From: a virus | Taxonomy: Duplodnaviria; Caudoviricetes | Length of the DNA stretch: 38,795 nt | IMG/VR virus record: IMGVR_UViG_3300022930_000008 | Coordinates: 1 to 38,795 of that record | Reading direction: 5' to 3' (one strand) | Shown here: one piece after another, positions 17,208-25,295 of the stretch | How the letters are laid out: each line of letters begins with the position of its first letter | Position numbering within the stretch: the stretch's first letter is position 1 | Notes under the pieces: model-generated | Database searches by the model: none | Seen by the model: only the letters and a program-made list of their open reading frames with translations | Told to the model about the DNA's origin: nothing | Program-made: the position numbers and the translations under genes

Positions 17208-17882
17208 TTATGTTAAATCTTCTTCCTTTACGGTCGCTTTACCGCCTGGCTGCACGGAGATTAAGACCCCGGCTTCCGTGGTATACTTCCCAGGCTTCAC
17301 CGTTGCGCCGTCCGCGTATTTAACTAACCCTTTTAACGCGTTGTCCGCATTCGGGGTGAAGTTAATATCCGCGCCTGTAACCATCTTATGCGCCACGAAA
17401 TCAGTTTTTGCCGGTTCCGGTTTAACCGCTGCCAAGGCTTCGGCCTCTGTTTGGTAAACCTTACCGTCTGCGCCTTCGTATCCCGTACGTGCGTCTGTTT
17501 GCGATAAATCGGCCGCCTCTTGCGTGTCAAACAAAACGCCGTCCTTACCTTCAAACTTAAAGGAGTTGTCCGCCTCTTCCTGGCTAAAATATAAAATGCC
17601 GTTGTTTCCGACAAACTGCGGTTCCTTCCCGTCGTCTTTGTGTTTACCGCTTGGCTTATCCGCTGCATACGATTCGCGCCATTTCTTAAGTTCTGCGGCA
17701 CGGCTGCGTAAACAACTCGAACAGGATTGCGGTGCGTCGTTCTTTTGGAATACGGCGTTATGCGCTGCGTAAATTCTCGAAACACTGTACGTGTGGTGTT
17801 CGGCTTCTTTTAATACCCCGTCTACTTTTTCTACTAATTCCGGCGTGATGTGTGTGTCCGCCCCTTTTGCTGCTTTACTCAT
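17208..17882 (-). CDS. Hypothetical protein with CSSC motif and three internal repeats
   Basis: PQSCSSC; three F/Y-x-G-x-D/N-G repeats; PGKY..G..I.V C-terminal motif. Confidence 0.7.
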   Translation of the reverse strand: MSKAAKGADTHITPELVEKVDGVLKEAEHHTYSVSRIYAAHNAVFQKNDAPQSCSSCLRSRAAELKKWRESYAADKPSGKHKDDGKEPQFVGNNGILYFSQEEADNSFKFEGKDGVLFDTQEAADLSQTDARTGYEGADGKVYQTEAEALAAVKPEPAKTDFVAHKMVTGADINFTPNADNALKGLVKYADGATVKPGKYTTEAGVLISVQPGGKATVKEEDLT

Positions 17883-18165
17883 AAACTCTAAATTTAATTT
17901 TAATATATTGATAATTGATAATTCCGGTTAGAAAAGCGATTACCACAAGGCAAAAGCGCGTTTCCAATTTATGCGTTACAAAGTACGCCAATACCGAACC
18001 AACCACGAACGACAACCAAAACGAGAGGCAGCCACGACAATTGAACGGTTTAACCTTCCACGGCAAGTGCACGACTTCCGTTAATAACCAAGCCAATCCG
18101 CAGGCAATCAGCGAGTTAGCAATAAGTAAGGCCGTGATTCCGACCATATAAATAAATTGTTCCAT
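17875..18165 (-). CDS. Small membrane protein with CxxC (DUF1360-like)
   Basis: Three hydrophobic segments; KPFNCRGCLSFW. Confidence 0.65.
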   Translation of the reverse strand: MEQFIYMVGITALLIANSLIACGLAWLLTEVVHLPWKVKPFNCRGCLSFWLSFVVGSVLAYFVTHKLETRFCLVVIAFLTGIINYQYIKIKFRVYE

Positions 18166-18169
18166 ACCC

Positions 18170-18177
18170 TAAAGATA
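18170..18177 (-). promoter_or_regulatory. Putative late promoter TATCTTTA, 4 nt before the ATG
   Basis: TATCTTTA-GGGT-ATG in the 17-nt gap at the head of the terminase/lysis unit. Confidence 0.65.
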
Positions 18178-18182
18178 AAATT

Positions 18183-18803
18183 TTATATTATAGATAGTAA
18201 AAAGTAGCGCTTTTCCGCGTACCGAAGCGCCAAATCCTTACGTATAGCGCCGATCACGGGCCAAATTTTTTGTAACGGGTAGCCCAGCATAGCCGCTAAT
18301 TTTTTATAGGACATTTCCGGTTGAAGAGATACGTATATTTCAAATAAAGATACCGCGACCGGGTCGTAAGTTGCGCGCACATATTCCAAAATTTCGCCCT
18401 TCAACAAGTCGACCGCGCTTTCGTATGCCGCGTAATCAAAATCGGGCGCCAATAATTGCGCATGTACTTTTTCGTCGTCAATATAAACTATTCCTTTTAA
18501 ACTTTCGCCGCGCTTCTTTTTCGCCGCAAGTAAGTTCGTGTGATACGCGCGCAAATAATACCATTTGTATTTATCAATCGCCAAACCCTTAAGCGCGATA
18601 CACTCGTATAAATATAACATCGTGTCGGTCGCGACCTCGTCGTCGTATAAGTGATCGAAGATAAGGCGCTCCCGGATATACTCAACATTATACCCATACC
18701 ATCGCATAAACTTTTGGGCGCGCGCTTCATTTTCCGGGGTTGCTATTTCGCCGCCTCGAAGCTTAATATATTTCTTCCCTTTATTTCTTCCGTGCTTTTC
18801 CAT
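18183..18803 (-). CDS. Sigma-70/ECF-like phage transcription factor
   Basis: Region-2-like DDEVATDTMLYLY..YYLRAY..N and region-4 HTH MSYKKLAAMLGYPLQKIW; sits between replication and packaging genes. Confidence 0.7.
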   Translation of the reverse strand: MEKHGRNKGKKYIKLRGGEIATPENEARAQKFMRWYGYNVEYIRERLIFDHLYDDEVATDTMLYLYECIALKGLAIDKYKWYYLRAYHTNLLAAKKKRGESLKGIVYIDDEKVHAQLLAPDFDYAAYESAVDLLKGEILEYVRATYDPVAVSLFEIYVSLQPEMSYKKLAAMLGYPLQKIWPVIGAIRKDLALRYAEKRYFLLSII

Positions 18804-20238
18804 ATTTTTGGCGTAATAGTTTTATTTCATTAAGTAAAAAGTTTTGGTCGGTGTCTTTACTAAATATGCGCTTTCGTACTGCCGCGTCGCGCGTCTTAAG
18901 TATAATAAGCCTATGCATGTATATATCGCGCGTAACCCCTCTTCGAAGCAGGCGCCTTGTAGTTTGCAGCCAATGGCCTAAGTTCCAGGTAGGTGTAAAC
19001 CAAACCATACGGCGCCCGCCGAATTGTAAATTAAGTCCGTGCCCGGCGCTCGCAGGGTGCAATAACAATAATCGTATTTTGCCCTGGTTCCACTCGGCGA
19101 AGTCTTCGGCAAGGTATTTACCTTTACGCAATTCGCGCGCGTATGGGAAAGCCTCTTTAATCCTGTCTATCTCATGGCGAAACTGATACACGACTATAAA
19201 AGTTTCGTCGCTGTGCTCTTCAAGTAATTTACCAAGCGCATCTATTTTAATACTATTTAGCTGGTGCCATACTCGCGCGTCGGTCGGGTCTTCCCTGTCT
19301 TCGTATATCGCACCGGAACTAATCTGTAAAAGCTTATTCGATAAATCGGCCGGCGTCTTAACTGTCACTTCGCCGCCTTCGATAAAGTCTATAGTATATT
19401 CGCGCTCTAACTCGTCGTATATTTCTTGGTCGAATTTATCGAAAGTTATTTCAATATCGTCTATATGCATATCGGGTAAGTCTATATAATCTTCGGTCGC
19501 CATCGTTAGCGCGATATCTTTAATCTTAGCGGCGATATACTTAACTGCTCCGGGTCTCGGCTTATACTCGTAAACGATCATACCATTGCCGCGGGTTGTA
19601 AAGTTCTTATCCAGGAACTTACCGAAAGTATCGCCTAGCCTTAGCCCATCATCTAACAACATAATTTGCGCCCAAAGGTCGACGTATCCGTTAGGCGCTG
19701 GGGTGCCTGTCATTCCGACGCGATATTCTACTGTTCTAACTGCGCGGCGCATACTTTTAAATCTATTGCTTTCACGCGATTTAAAAAAATCCAACTCGTC
19801 AAATACGATCGAGTCAAAAGGAAGTTTCCCCTTATACTTCCCGTTTATTTTTTTAATAAACTGCGCATTTAACCAAACTATATTATCGGTCGTGACTATA
19901 TAAACTTCGGCGTCGGCGGCCAAGGCTTTAAGTCTTTGCTTCGGGGTCCCGGTAATCATTGAATAGCGCAAGCCGGTTAAATGCTCCCATTGTTTAATCT
20001 CATTGGGCCAAGTTAATCGCGCAACTTTATCCGGGGCGACAACTAGCGTCTTAGTAAACGCGCATTCTTTATAGTGCATATCGTATAAGTACGAAAGTAC
20101 TATAACTGTTTTACTAAGACTCATTCCCAGGAAAAGGGCGGCGCGCTTATGTGACATTAAATGTTCGTAGGCTTCGACCTGGTGGTCGTCCGTTTGGAAT
20201 ATCTCGCCCTTTACTGTGTCGTGTATTTGCGCTATCAT
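18781..20238 (-). CDS. SNF2-like helicase
   Basis: HQ motif, LVVAP, FDE, MTGTP, HGLNLQ; Walker A variant MSLSKT. Confidence 0.9.
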   Translation of the reverse strand: MIAQIHDTVKGEIFQTDDHQVEAYEHLMSHKRAALFLGMSLSKTVIVLSYLYDMHYKECAFTKTLVVAPDKVARLTWPNEIKQWEHLTGLRYSMITGTPKQRLKALAADAEVYIVTTDNIVWLNAQFIKKINGKYKGKLPFDSIVFDELDFFKSRESNRFKSMRRAVRTVEYRVGMTGTPAPNGYVDLWAQIMLLDDGLRLGDTFGKFLDKNFTTRGNGMIVYEYKPRPGAVKYIAAKIKDIALTMATEDYIDLPDMHIDDIEITFDKFDQEIYDELEREYTIDFIEGGEVTVKTPADLSNKLLQISSGAIYEDREDPTDARVWHQLNSIKIDALGKLLEEHSDETFIVVYQFRHEIDRIKEAFPYARELRKGKYLAEDFAEWNQGKIRLLLLHPASAGHGLNLQFGGRRMVWFTPTWNLGHWLQTTRRLLRRGVTRDIYMHRLIILKTRDAAVRKRIFSKDTDQNFLLNEIKLLRQKYGKARKK

Positions 20239-20522
20239 AATGTTAATATAAAACCGTCTACGGCTTCTTTACTATTTATTACCTCAACTCTAAAACCGAA
20301 CCTTCTTAACATATCGTGTCTTTTCGCTTGCAACTTTCGAGGCACCCCGCCGGTCGCTTTGGTCTCGACAAAAACAATAAGCCCCGGATAAGCTAAACAT
20401 ATACGGTCCGGGAAGCCTGCATAAAACAAAGGCGGGAACTTAAGGCAAATACCTTTCGTGACCTTTTCCCACTGTTGGACTAAATAATCTTCGATTTTTG
20501 ACTCTCTCATAGCTGGTAACAT
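20235..20522 (-). CDS. VRR-NUC domain nuclease
   Basis: ESKIE..G.PDR..FVE.K..LQ..H motifs. Confidence 0.9.
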   Translation of the reverse strand: MLPAMRESKIEDYLVQQWEKVTKGICLKFPPLFYAGFPDRICLAYPGLIVFVETKATGGVPRKLQAKRHDMLRRFGFRVEVINSKEAVDGFILTL

Positions 20523-20822
20523 TTTAGTAACACTTGATAATCAAGTAGTTACGATTTTGGTAAAATTCTGGTAACAGTAAAGAACCCAACAACGGCGGGG
20601 GTTTAACCCCAAAAGTGTTACCAAGTTGCTGTTACCAGGTGTTTCAAACTTCCTTATGTGTGTATTACGTGTACGTATTGTGTGTATGCCTATTTACTTA
20701 TATTAATAATACTTTATATAGTATATTCTAGTAACACAGTAACATAAATTGCGCGAAGCCTTGCCGGCATTGGGATTGTTCTGTTACTAGCCCCTGTTAC
20801 CAGGTGTTACCAGTGTTACCAG
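20513..20822. repeat. Putative replication origin with GTTAC/GTAAC iterons and an AT-rich core
   Basis: 12 GTTAC/GTAAC copies in about 310 nt around the largest non-coding gap, just downstream of the primase-helicase; AT-rich stretch at about 20692-20730. Confidence 0.7.
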
Positions 20823-23249
20823 CCCTTTAAAAACATACTGCTTTTGAAGTCCGTAATATTTAACGCGTATTGCTTTTGCGCCTTCCCACTCGTGCAAGCC
20901 CTTCATTATTCGCGCAATCTCGTAACTGTCGCGACGGGTAATATCTTCGGCCTGTTTGCCTAAACACTCGACCCATATTTCGAGGCAACACACGTGCGTA
21001 CGCGATACCGTACCGACGTTAGTGTCTTCCTTCAACCACTGACGGCGGGCGTACGGTTCCATCGCGTCCCAGTTCTTCGGCAATAGATGCTCTAAGTATT
21101 CTATAATTAAACCCTGGCGGTCGTCCTGTTCGATGTGCGCATCCTGTATAGTTCGCGCCTCGGCTTCTAAGTCAGTATTTAAGTGCAGGGTTTCCCCCAT
21201 TTCATAAAGCTTCTTCGCCTCGCCCCAAAGCTGCGCTACTATATCCGGGGTCATATAATCCCATACGTTAGTCGTTGGCTTTCCGCCCTTGGTATTAATT
21301 ACCCAGTATCGTCGGTTACCGGTTGCGTCCCTTAGCGGGTCGTCTTCGTTTGAAGTCGCGGCAAATACTACCGTACGTGGGAAGTAATCCAAACGTTTAC
21401 CATACGCTACGCGGTAACGGTCTTCGCGCTTACTAATGAATTGCTTAACCGCCTGGACCTCGGCTTTACGAAGTCCTGACATTTCGCCTATTTCAATAAT
21501 CCAAGCGCCCTGCAAAGCTTCAAGGGCTTTATTACCTTCCACGGACGTAAACGAATCGCTAAACCATTCGCGACCCATTAAGTCCAGCAGCGTACTTTTA
21601 CCTATGCCCTGTTCGCCTATGATAGTTAGGATATTATCAAACTTAATCCCAGGTCTATATATACGGGCAATAGCCGCGATAAAGAATTTTTCTGTAATAG
21701 TCCGGGTTAACATAGTATCGGGCGCGCCTAGGGTATCTATAAGTAATGTACCCAGCCTGTGCACGCCGTCCCACTCGCAGGCCGCGAGATAGTTTTTAAT
21801 TGGATGGTAGGAGTTAGCGCGAACGCAAACCGTTAAGGCGTCGGTAATCTTTGCCGCGCCTGTCAGGTTATAGCAGCGTTCCATGTATAAACGTATTTCG
21901 GCGTCGTCCGCATCGACGAAGGGCCGCGGGTAGCGTTCCCCTTTTTTATCCCAAGGCAACGGCTTAACGATAACTTCGCGGTGCTCGAACTCATTAAAGC
22001 CGAAACGCCCGCGTAAGTTCTCGTCGTTAGTCAATATTATAAAAGCGTTGTTTATGGTGTTTTTAATTTTAGCCTGTTTGCCTTCCGTTTCCAGGTCCAT
22101 AACCCAGTCGTCATTGTATGCAACTTTAACCGCGCGTTTTTCTATCTCGTCGTAATCGCTGGCGCTGTTCTCTTTTCGCTCGCGTACTATTTCTTTTTTA
22201 ACTTCCTTAAGGTTTCCGGCAAACTCGGCCATGGCTTTGTAACTCGGGTATTTCGTAGGGTCGGTGTCTTCTTTGATCTTCTCGTCCAGGTCTCCGAACT
22301 TATGAAGGCGGACCAGGTCGAAAGCATTGCAAAGCTTTTGCCCGGCCGGGTCGGTGTTGTGGTGGCTATAGGCGTGTTTACGGTCGTTGTATACGACAAG
22401 GCCCCCACTGGTGGAACCCGCGACGAAACTATAACGGTCCTCGCCTAATTCTTCGCAAGGCGCATACACCCCGTCCAGGAATTCCGCTATAGCGTCGTCA
22501 ATATTAAACGATCTGCAGAACGCCCCGACAATGCCCGGCTTTGCTTCGGGGTCTTCAACGTCACCGCTCGTATGGCGAACGACGGCCGCTTCGCGGGAAG
22601 ACGTGGGCCAACTGCTAATATCGTCAAACACATCGGCCAGTACGTCGTCCGCGCAAATAATGTCCCCCTCGCTTTTATCATAAAGAAACTCGCCGTCTTT
22701 GGACGTGCTCGGGTAATACATAAGGCGGGTAGGCTGGTAGGTCGTGTCGTCGAAAACCTCAATGTCTAGCCAGGAAGCGACAACGCGCGCGATGCATTCG
22801 TACTCGTCAGGTGAGACCGGACGGTCCAACGGAAAGACGATACGTAAGCGCGGGTTATCGGGCGTGTGCTTATGGGTCGTGTAGAACAATCCAGCGAAAC
22901 CGAATTCGCGAAAATCCAGCCACGTGTCCACGCTCCCAAAGTCTACGTCGAGTGCTACTAATTGGCGGTACTCGACAAAGCCTTTACGGCGCCAACCGAA
23001 GGGCGGCTTAAACTCCACGTCCTTACCTTTTATCTTAGCGACGCCGGCCATAAGTCTACCACCAACAAAACCGCCGACGTCTTTTATTTCGTCTTGGCGG
23101 TCTTTGGTGTAACTGGCGTATTGCTTAACGGTTTCCTTAGTCCGTTCGGTTTGGCTTAAGGTCTCGGCTATTTCGTCCCACGTCGTTTTTCTGTTTCGCC
23201 ACTTCGCCGCATTACAACTCGCGGCGGTGGCTATGTCTAAGTTTATCAT
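20787..23249 (-). CDS. Primase-helicase (PrimPol-like N-terminus, VapE-like C-terminus)
   Basis: KDVGGFVGG, ALDVD, YTTHKH..PRLR; GEQGIGKST Walker A; ATGNRRYW. Confidence 0.9.
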   Translation of the reverse strand: MINLDIATAASCNAAKWRNRKTTWDEIAETLSQTERTKETVKQYASYTKDRQDEIKDVGGFVGGRLMAGVAKIKGKDVEFKPPFGWRRKGFVEYRQLVALDVDFGSVDTWLDFREFGFAGLFYTTHKHTPDNPRLRIVFPLDRPVSPDEYECIARVVASWLDIEVFDDTTYQPTRLMYYPSTSKDGEFLYDKSEGDIICADDVLADVFDDISSWPTSSREAAVVRHTSGDVEDPEAKPGIVGAFCRSFNIDDAIAEFLDGVYAPCEELGEDRYSFVAGSTSGGLVVYNDRKHAYSHHNTDPAGQKLCNAFDLVRLHKFGDLDEKIKEDTDPTKYPSYKAMAEFAGNLKEVKKEIVRERKENSASDYDEIEKRAVKVAYNDDWVMDLETEGKQAKIKNTINNAFIILTNDENLRGRFGFNEFEHREVIVKPLPWDKKGERYPRPFVDADDAEIRLYMERCYNLTGAAKITDALTVCVRANSYHPIKNYLAACEWDGVHRLGTLLIDTLGAPDTMLTRTITEKFFIAAIARIYRPGIKFDNILTIIGEQGIGKSTLLDLMGREWFSDSFTSVEGNKALEALQGAWIIEIGEMSGLRKAEVQAVKQFISKREDRYRVAYGKRLDYFPRTVVFAATSNEDDPLRDATGNRRYWVINTKGGKPTTNVWDYMTPDIVAQLWGEAKKLYEMGETLHLNTDLEAEARTIQDAHIEQDDRQGLIIEYLEHLLPKNWDAMEPYARRQWLKEDTNVGTVSRTHVCCLEIWVECLGKQAEDITRRDSYEIARIMKGLHEWEGAKAIRVKYYGLQKQYVFKGLVTLVTPGNRG

Positions 23250-23257
23250 AGTATATC

Positions 23258-23431
23258 CTAGTTATTTAAAAAGCTTCTTAACGAACTGTAAGGTATCGGG
23301 CGACCGTATCCGGGTTTATCAATCGTTATAAGGTCCAGTTTAGGTGTAATACTAAATTCCAATAAGTAAGTTACGCCGGTATAAAAACCTAGCGAACCGT
23401 TTTGTCCTTTGAATTTTGCTTTGATTATCAT
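23258..23431 (-). CDS. Hypothetical protein
   Basis: ATGA overlap with the methyltransferase stop (MIIKAKFKGQNGSLGF..). Confidence 0.55.
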   Translation of the reverse strand: MIIKAKFKGQNGSLGFYTGVTYLLEFSITPKLDLITIDKPGYGRPIPYSSLRSFLNN

Positions 23432-24441
23432 AATAATAAATCTAAATGTATATTTTGCAATATGTGCGCGATTACGTCTACCGTCCAACCATTGCCGAGG
23501 GCTTTAAATCTTTGGGCGTTGCTAATCATATCCGTGTAATTATCGGGAAGCGTTTGCAACCTCTCGCATTCCAAAGGCGTAAGCTTTCGATAAGGTATTT
23601 TATTTTTATAAACGTCGGGGTATCTGCCTGGCGGTAAGTACGTGAGTACGTTGTCTTTTTCCACGGTAGTAAGGCAATTGCTTTTATCCGTGTTGGTTGC
23701 CCGTACTTCAAGTACTTGCGTAATAGGTACGTTTTTATCGTAGTCCTTACGCGTACCGTTTTCGTCCAGGCGTCGCCCTACAATAGTGGCTTTGTTTAGG
23801 TATCGCCCGCGGCTATCCGCGGGGTTTACTTCCACAAAATTACCAAGTGACTTAAATTTAAAATCGTCGAATGTTTTCTTTTGCTGTCCCGCGGTAATAC
23901 AAAAGCTTTTATCTTTGCTGGACGTTGCGTTCTCTAATATATCCCGCAATAGGATACCTTTGTCTTTGGGTTGTTCGATGCCCGGTATATTAGTCCAGTA
24001 TAAGCGCTTACGCATTTGCGCTGAAACCAAAGCGGAATTTATACGAATAGGTTTTACACCTAAAAAATCGCTTATTATATCCTGATACTTTTGTTTCATT
24101 AAAACATTTTCAAGTAAAAAATATTTAGGTTTAGCCTCGTTTAACGCCCTAACAAATTCAAAAAATAACTTACTACGGGGATCCTCGAAATTTAATTGTT
24201 TACCCGCGAAACTAAAACCTTGGCACGGACTGCCGCCCATGAGTACGTCGAAGCCTTTATACTTTGTAAAATCTGCGCCCACTACGGACCCTTTATGTTT
24301 TATATCGGGCCAATTCCATTGTGAAACGTGTATAGGGCTGGCGTCTATTTCAAAAGCCACGTACTCGTAGCAGGGCAATCCCGCGCGTTCTATAGCTACA
24401 CGGCCGCAGCTTATTCCGTCAAACAAGGAAAGCCAGCGCAT
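23428..24441 (-). CDS. DNA cytosine-5 methyltransferase (orphan)
   Basis: LSLFDG, GGSPCQ, LLENV, RKRLYW, LTPLECERLQ, GNGW motifs. Confidence 0.93.
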   Translation of the reverse strand: MRWLSLFDGISCGRVAIERAGLPCYEYVAFEIDASPIHVSQWNWPDIKHKGSVVGADFTKYKGFDVLMGGSPCQGFSFAGKQLNFEDPRSKLFFEFVRALNEAKPKYFLLENVLMKQKYQDIISDFLGVKPIRINSALVSAQMRKRLYWTNIPGIEQPKDKGILLRDILENATSSKDKSFCITAGQQKKTFDDFKFKSLGNFVEVNPADSRGRYLNKATIVGRRLDENGTRKDYDKNVPITQVLEVRATNTDKSNCLTTVEKDNVLTYLPPGRYPDVYKNKIPYRKLTPLECERLQTLPDNYTDMISNAQRFKALGNGWTVDVIAHILQNIHLDLLL

Positions 24442-24797
24442 TACTCGGTAAGTTTATTAAGGATTAAATGCGCATGTATTTCGGATATTTCGCCGTCTTT
24501 ATAATCGTAAGAAAAAACAACCGCTTCGCTCGCCCCGGATAAAAGCTGGTTAACCGCTTCGCGCTTCGCGTTCTTTATATAATGGTCTCGGTAGTGTGTA
24601 TGCACGTGTTGTAAAGCGGTTTGATAATCGAACTTAAGTATTATAGGTTCGTAATGTTTACCGTCGTACTTAAAACCCTTGTAGTCGATCACGTTGTAAG
24701 TCGGTGTGATCGTGTGGGGCTCCGGCGAAAGTACTTTAGCAAACGCGCGCAAGACGTTAGCAACGCGTTTTTTAAGTGAGGTTTTATTGATATTCAT
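24441..24797 (-). CDS. Hypothetical protein
   Basis: 118 aa, coupled on both sides. Confidence 0.6.
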   Translation of the reverse strand: MNINKTSLKKRVANVLRAFAKVLSPEPHTITPTYNVIDYKGFKYDGKHYEPIILKFDYQTALQHVHTHYRDHYIKNAKREAVNQLLSGASEAVVFSYDYKDGEISEIHAHLILNKLTE

Positions 24798-25006
24798 AAT
24801 ATTAAGTTTATTAATCCTTCTGTTAAATAGTTTCGGGTTCCTGATCGGCTGCCCGCTTCAAACAGTGCCGTTTTTAATCGTACTACTTCGTCGGCGCATT
24901 CTTTGGAACAAACGGCGATTATTACTTCGCCCGGTATTGTCGCGTTTGGGTCGTTGTCACTTTCCCAGGTTTCGCCGCATTTCGGATTCATACAGGCGAC
25001 TATCAT
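24794..25006 (-). CDS. Small Zn-ribbon-like protein
   Basis: CMNPKC ... CSKEC. Confidence 0.55.
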   Translation of the reverse strand: MIVACMNPKCGETWESDNDPNATIPGEVIIAVCSKECADEVVRLKTALFEAGSRSGTRNYLTEGLINLIL

Positions 25007-25230
25007 TAGTTTTCAAGTTTGCCCTGTAGGCGGTAAAAGAAATAGATGCAGCACGCCAGTAAAACCGCAGCTACTAATATGATGCCCGGAATAGCCAAAG
25101 GAGACCATACCCAAAACCAGGACCAATCTATTTTGTTATTCATTTTAAGTGCAATAAATACGATAGTAGTTAACCACGGTAAAGCGGCTAATCCAAAGCC
25201 GATTTTAAATTGTAATGTTGAAGTTTCCAT
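25006..25230 (-). CDS. Small membrane protein (TMEM185/Fragile-X-F-like phage family)
   Basis: FIALKM...IDWSWFWVWSPL between two TM helices. Confidence 0.7.
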   Translation of the reverse strand: METSTLQFKIGFGLAALPWLTTIVFIALKMNNKIDWSWFWVWSPLAIPGIILVAAVLLACCIYFFYRLQGKLEN

Positions 25231-25249
25231 AATTGATAAAGATTAAAGG

Positions 25250-25295
25250 TGAATGAATGAACCACAAAGATAATAATGTTTTTTGAATAATCTAA
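25250..25295 (-). promoter_or_regulatory. Sigma-A type promoter with TTCA-repeat leader (early site 2)
   Basis: TTAG-N19-TATCTTTG(25272-65)-TGGTTCATTCATTCA; 20 nt identical to site 1. Confidence 0.75.

Noticed and set aside
20513-20822. Repeats as a mini-CRISPR array
   Set aside because: Units are 5-9 nt, in both orientations and irregularly spaced.
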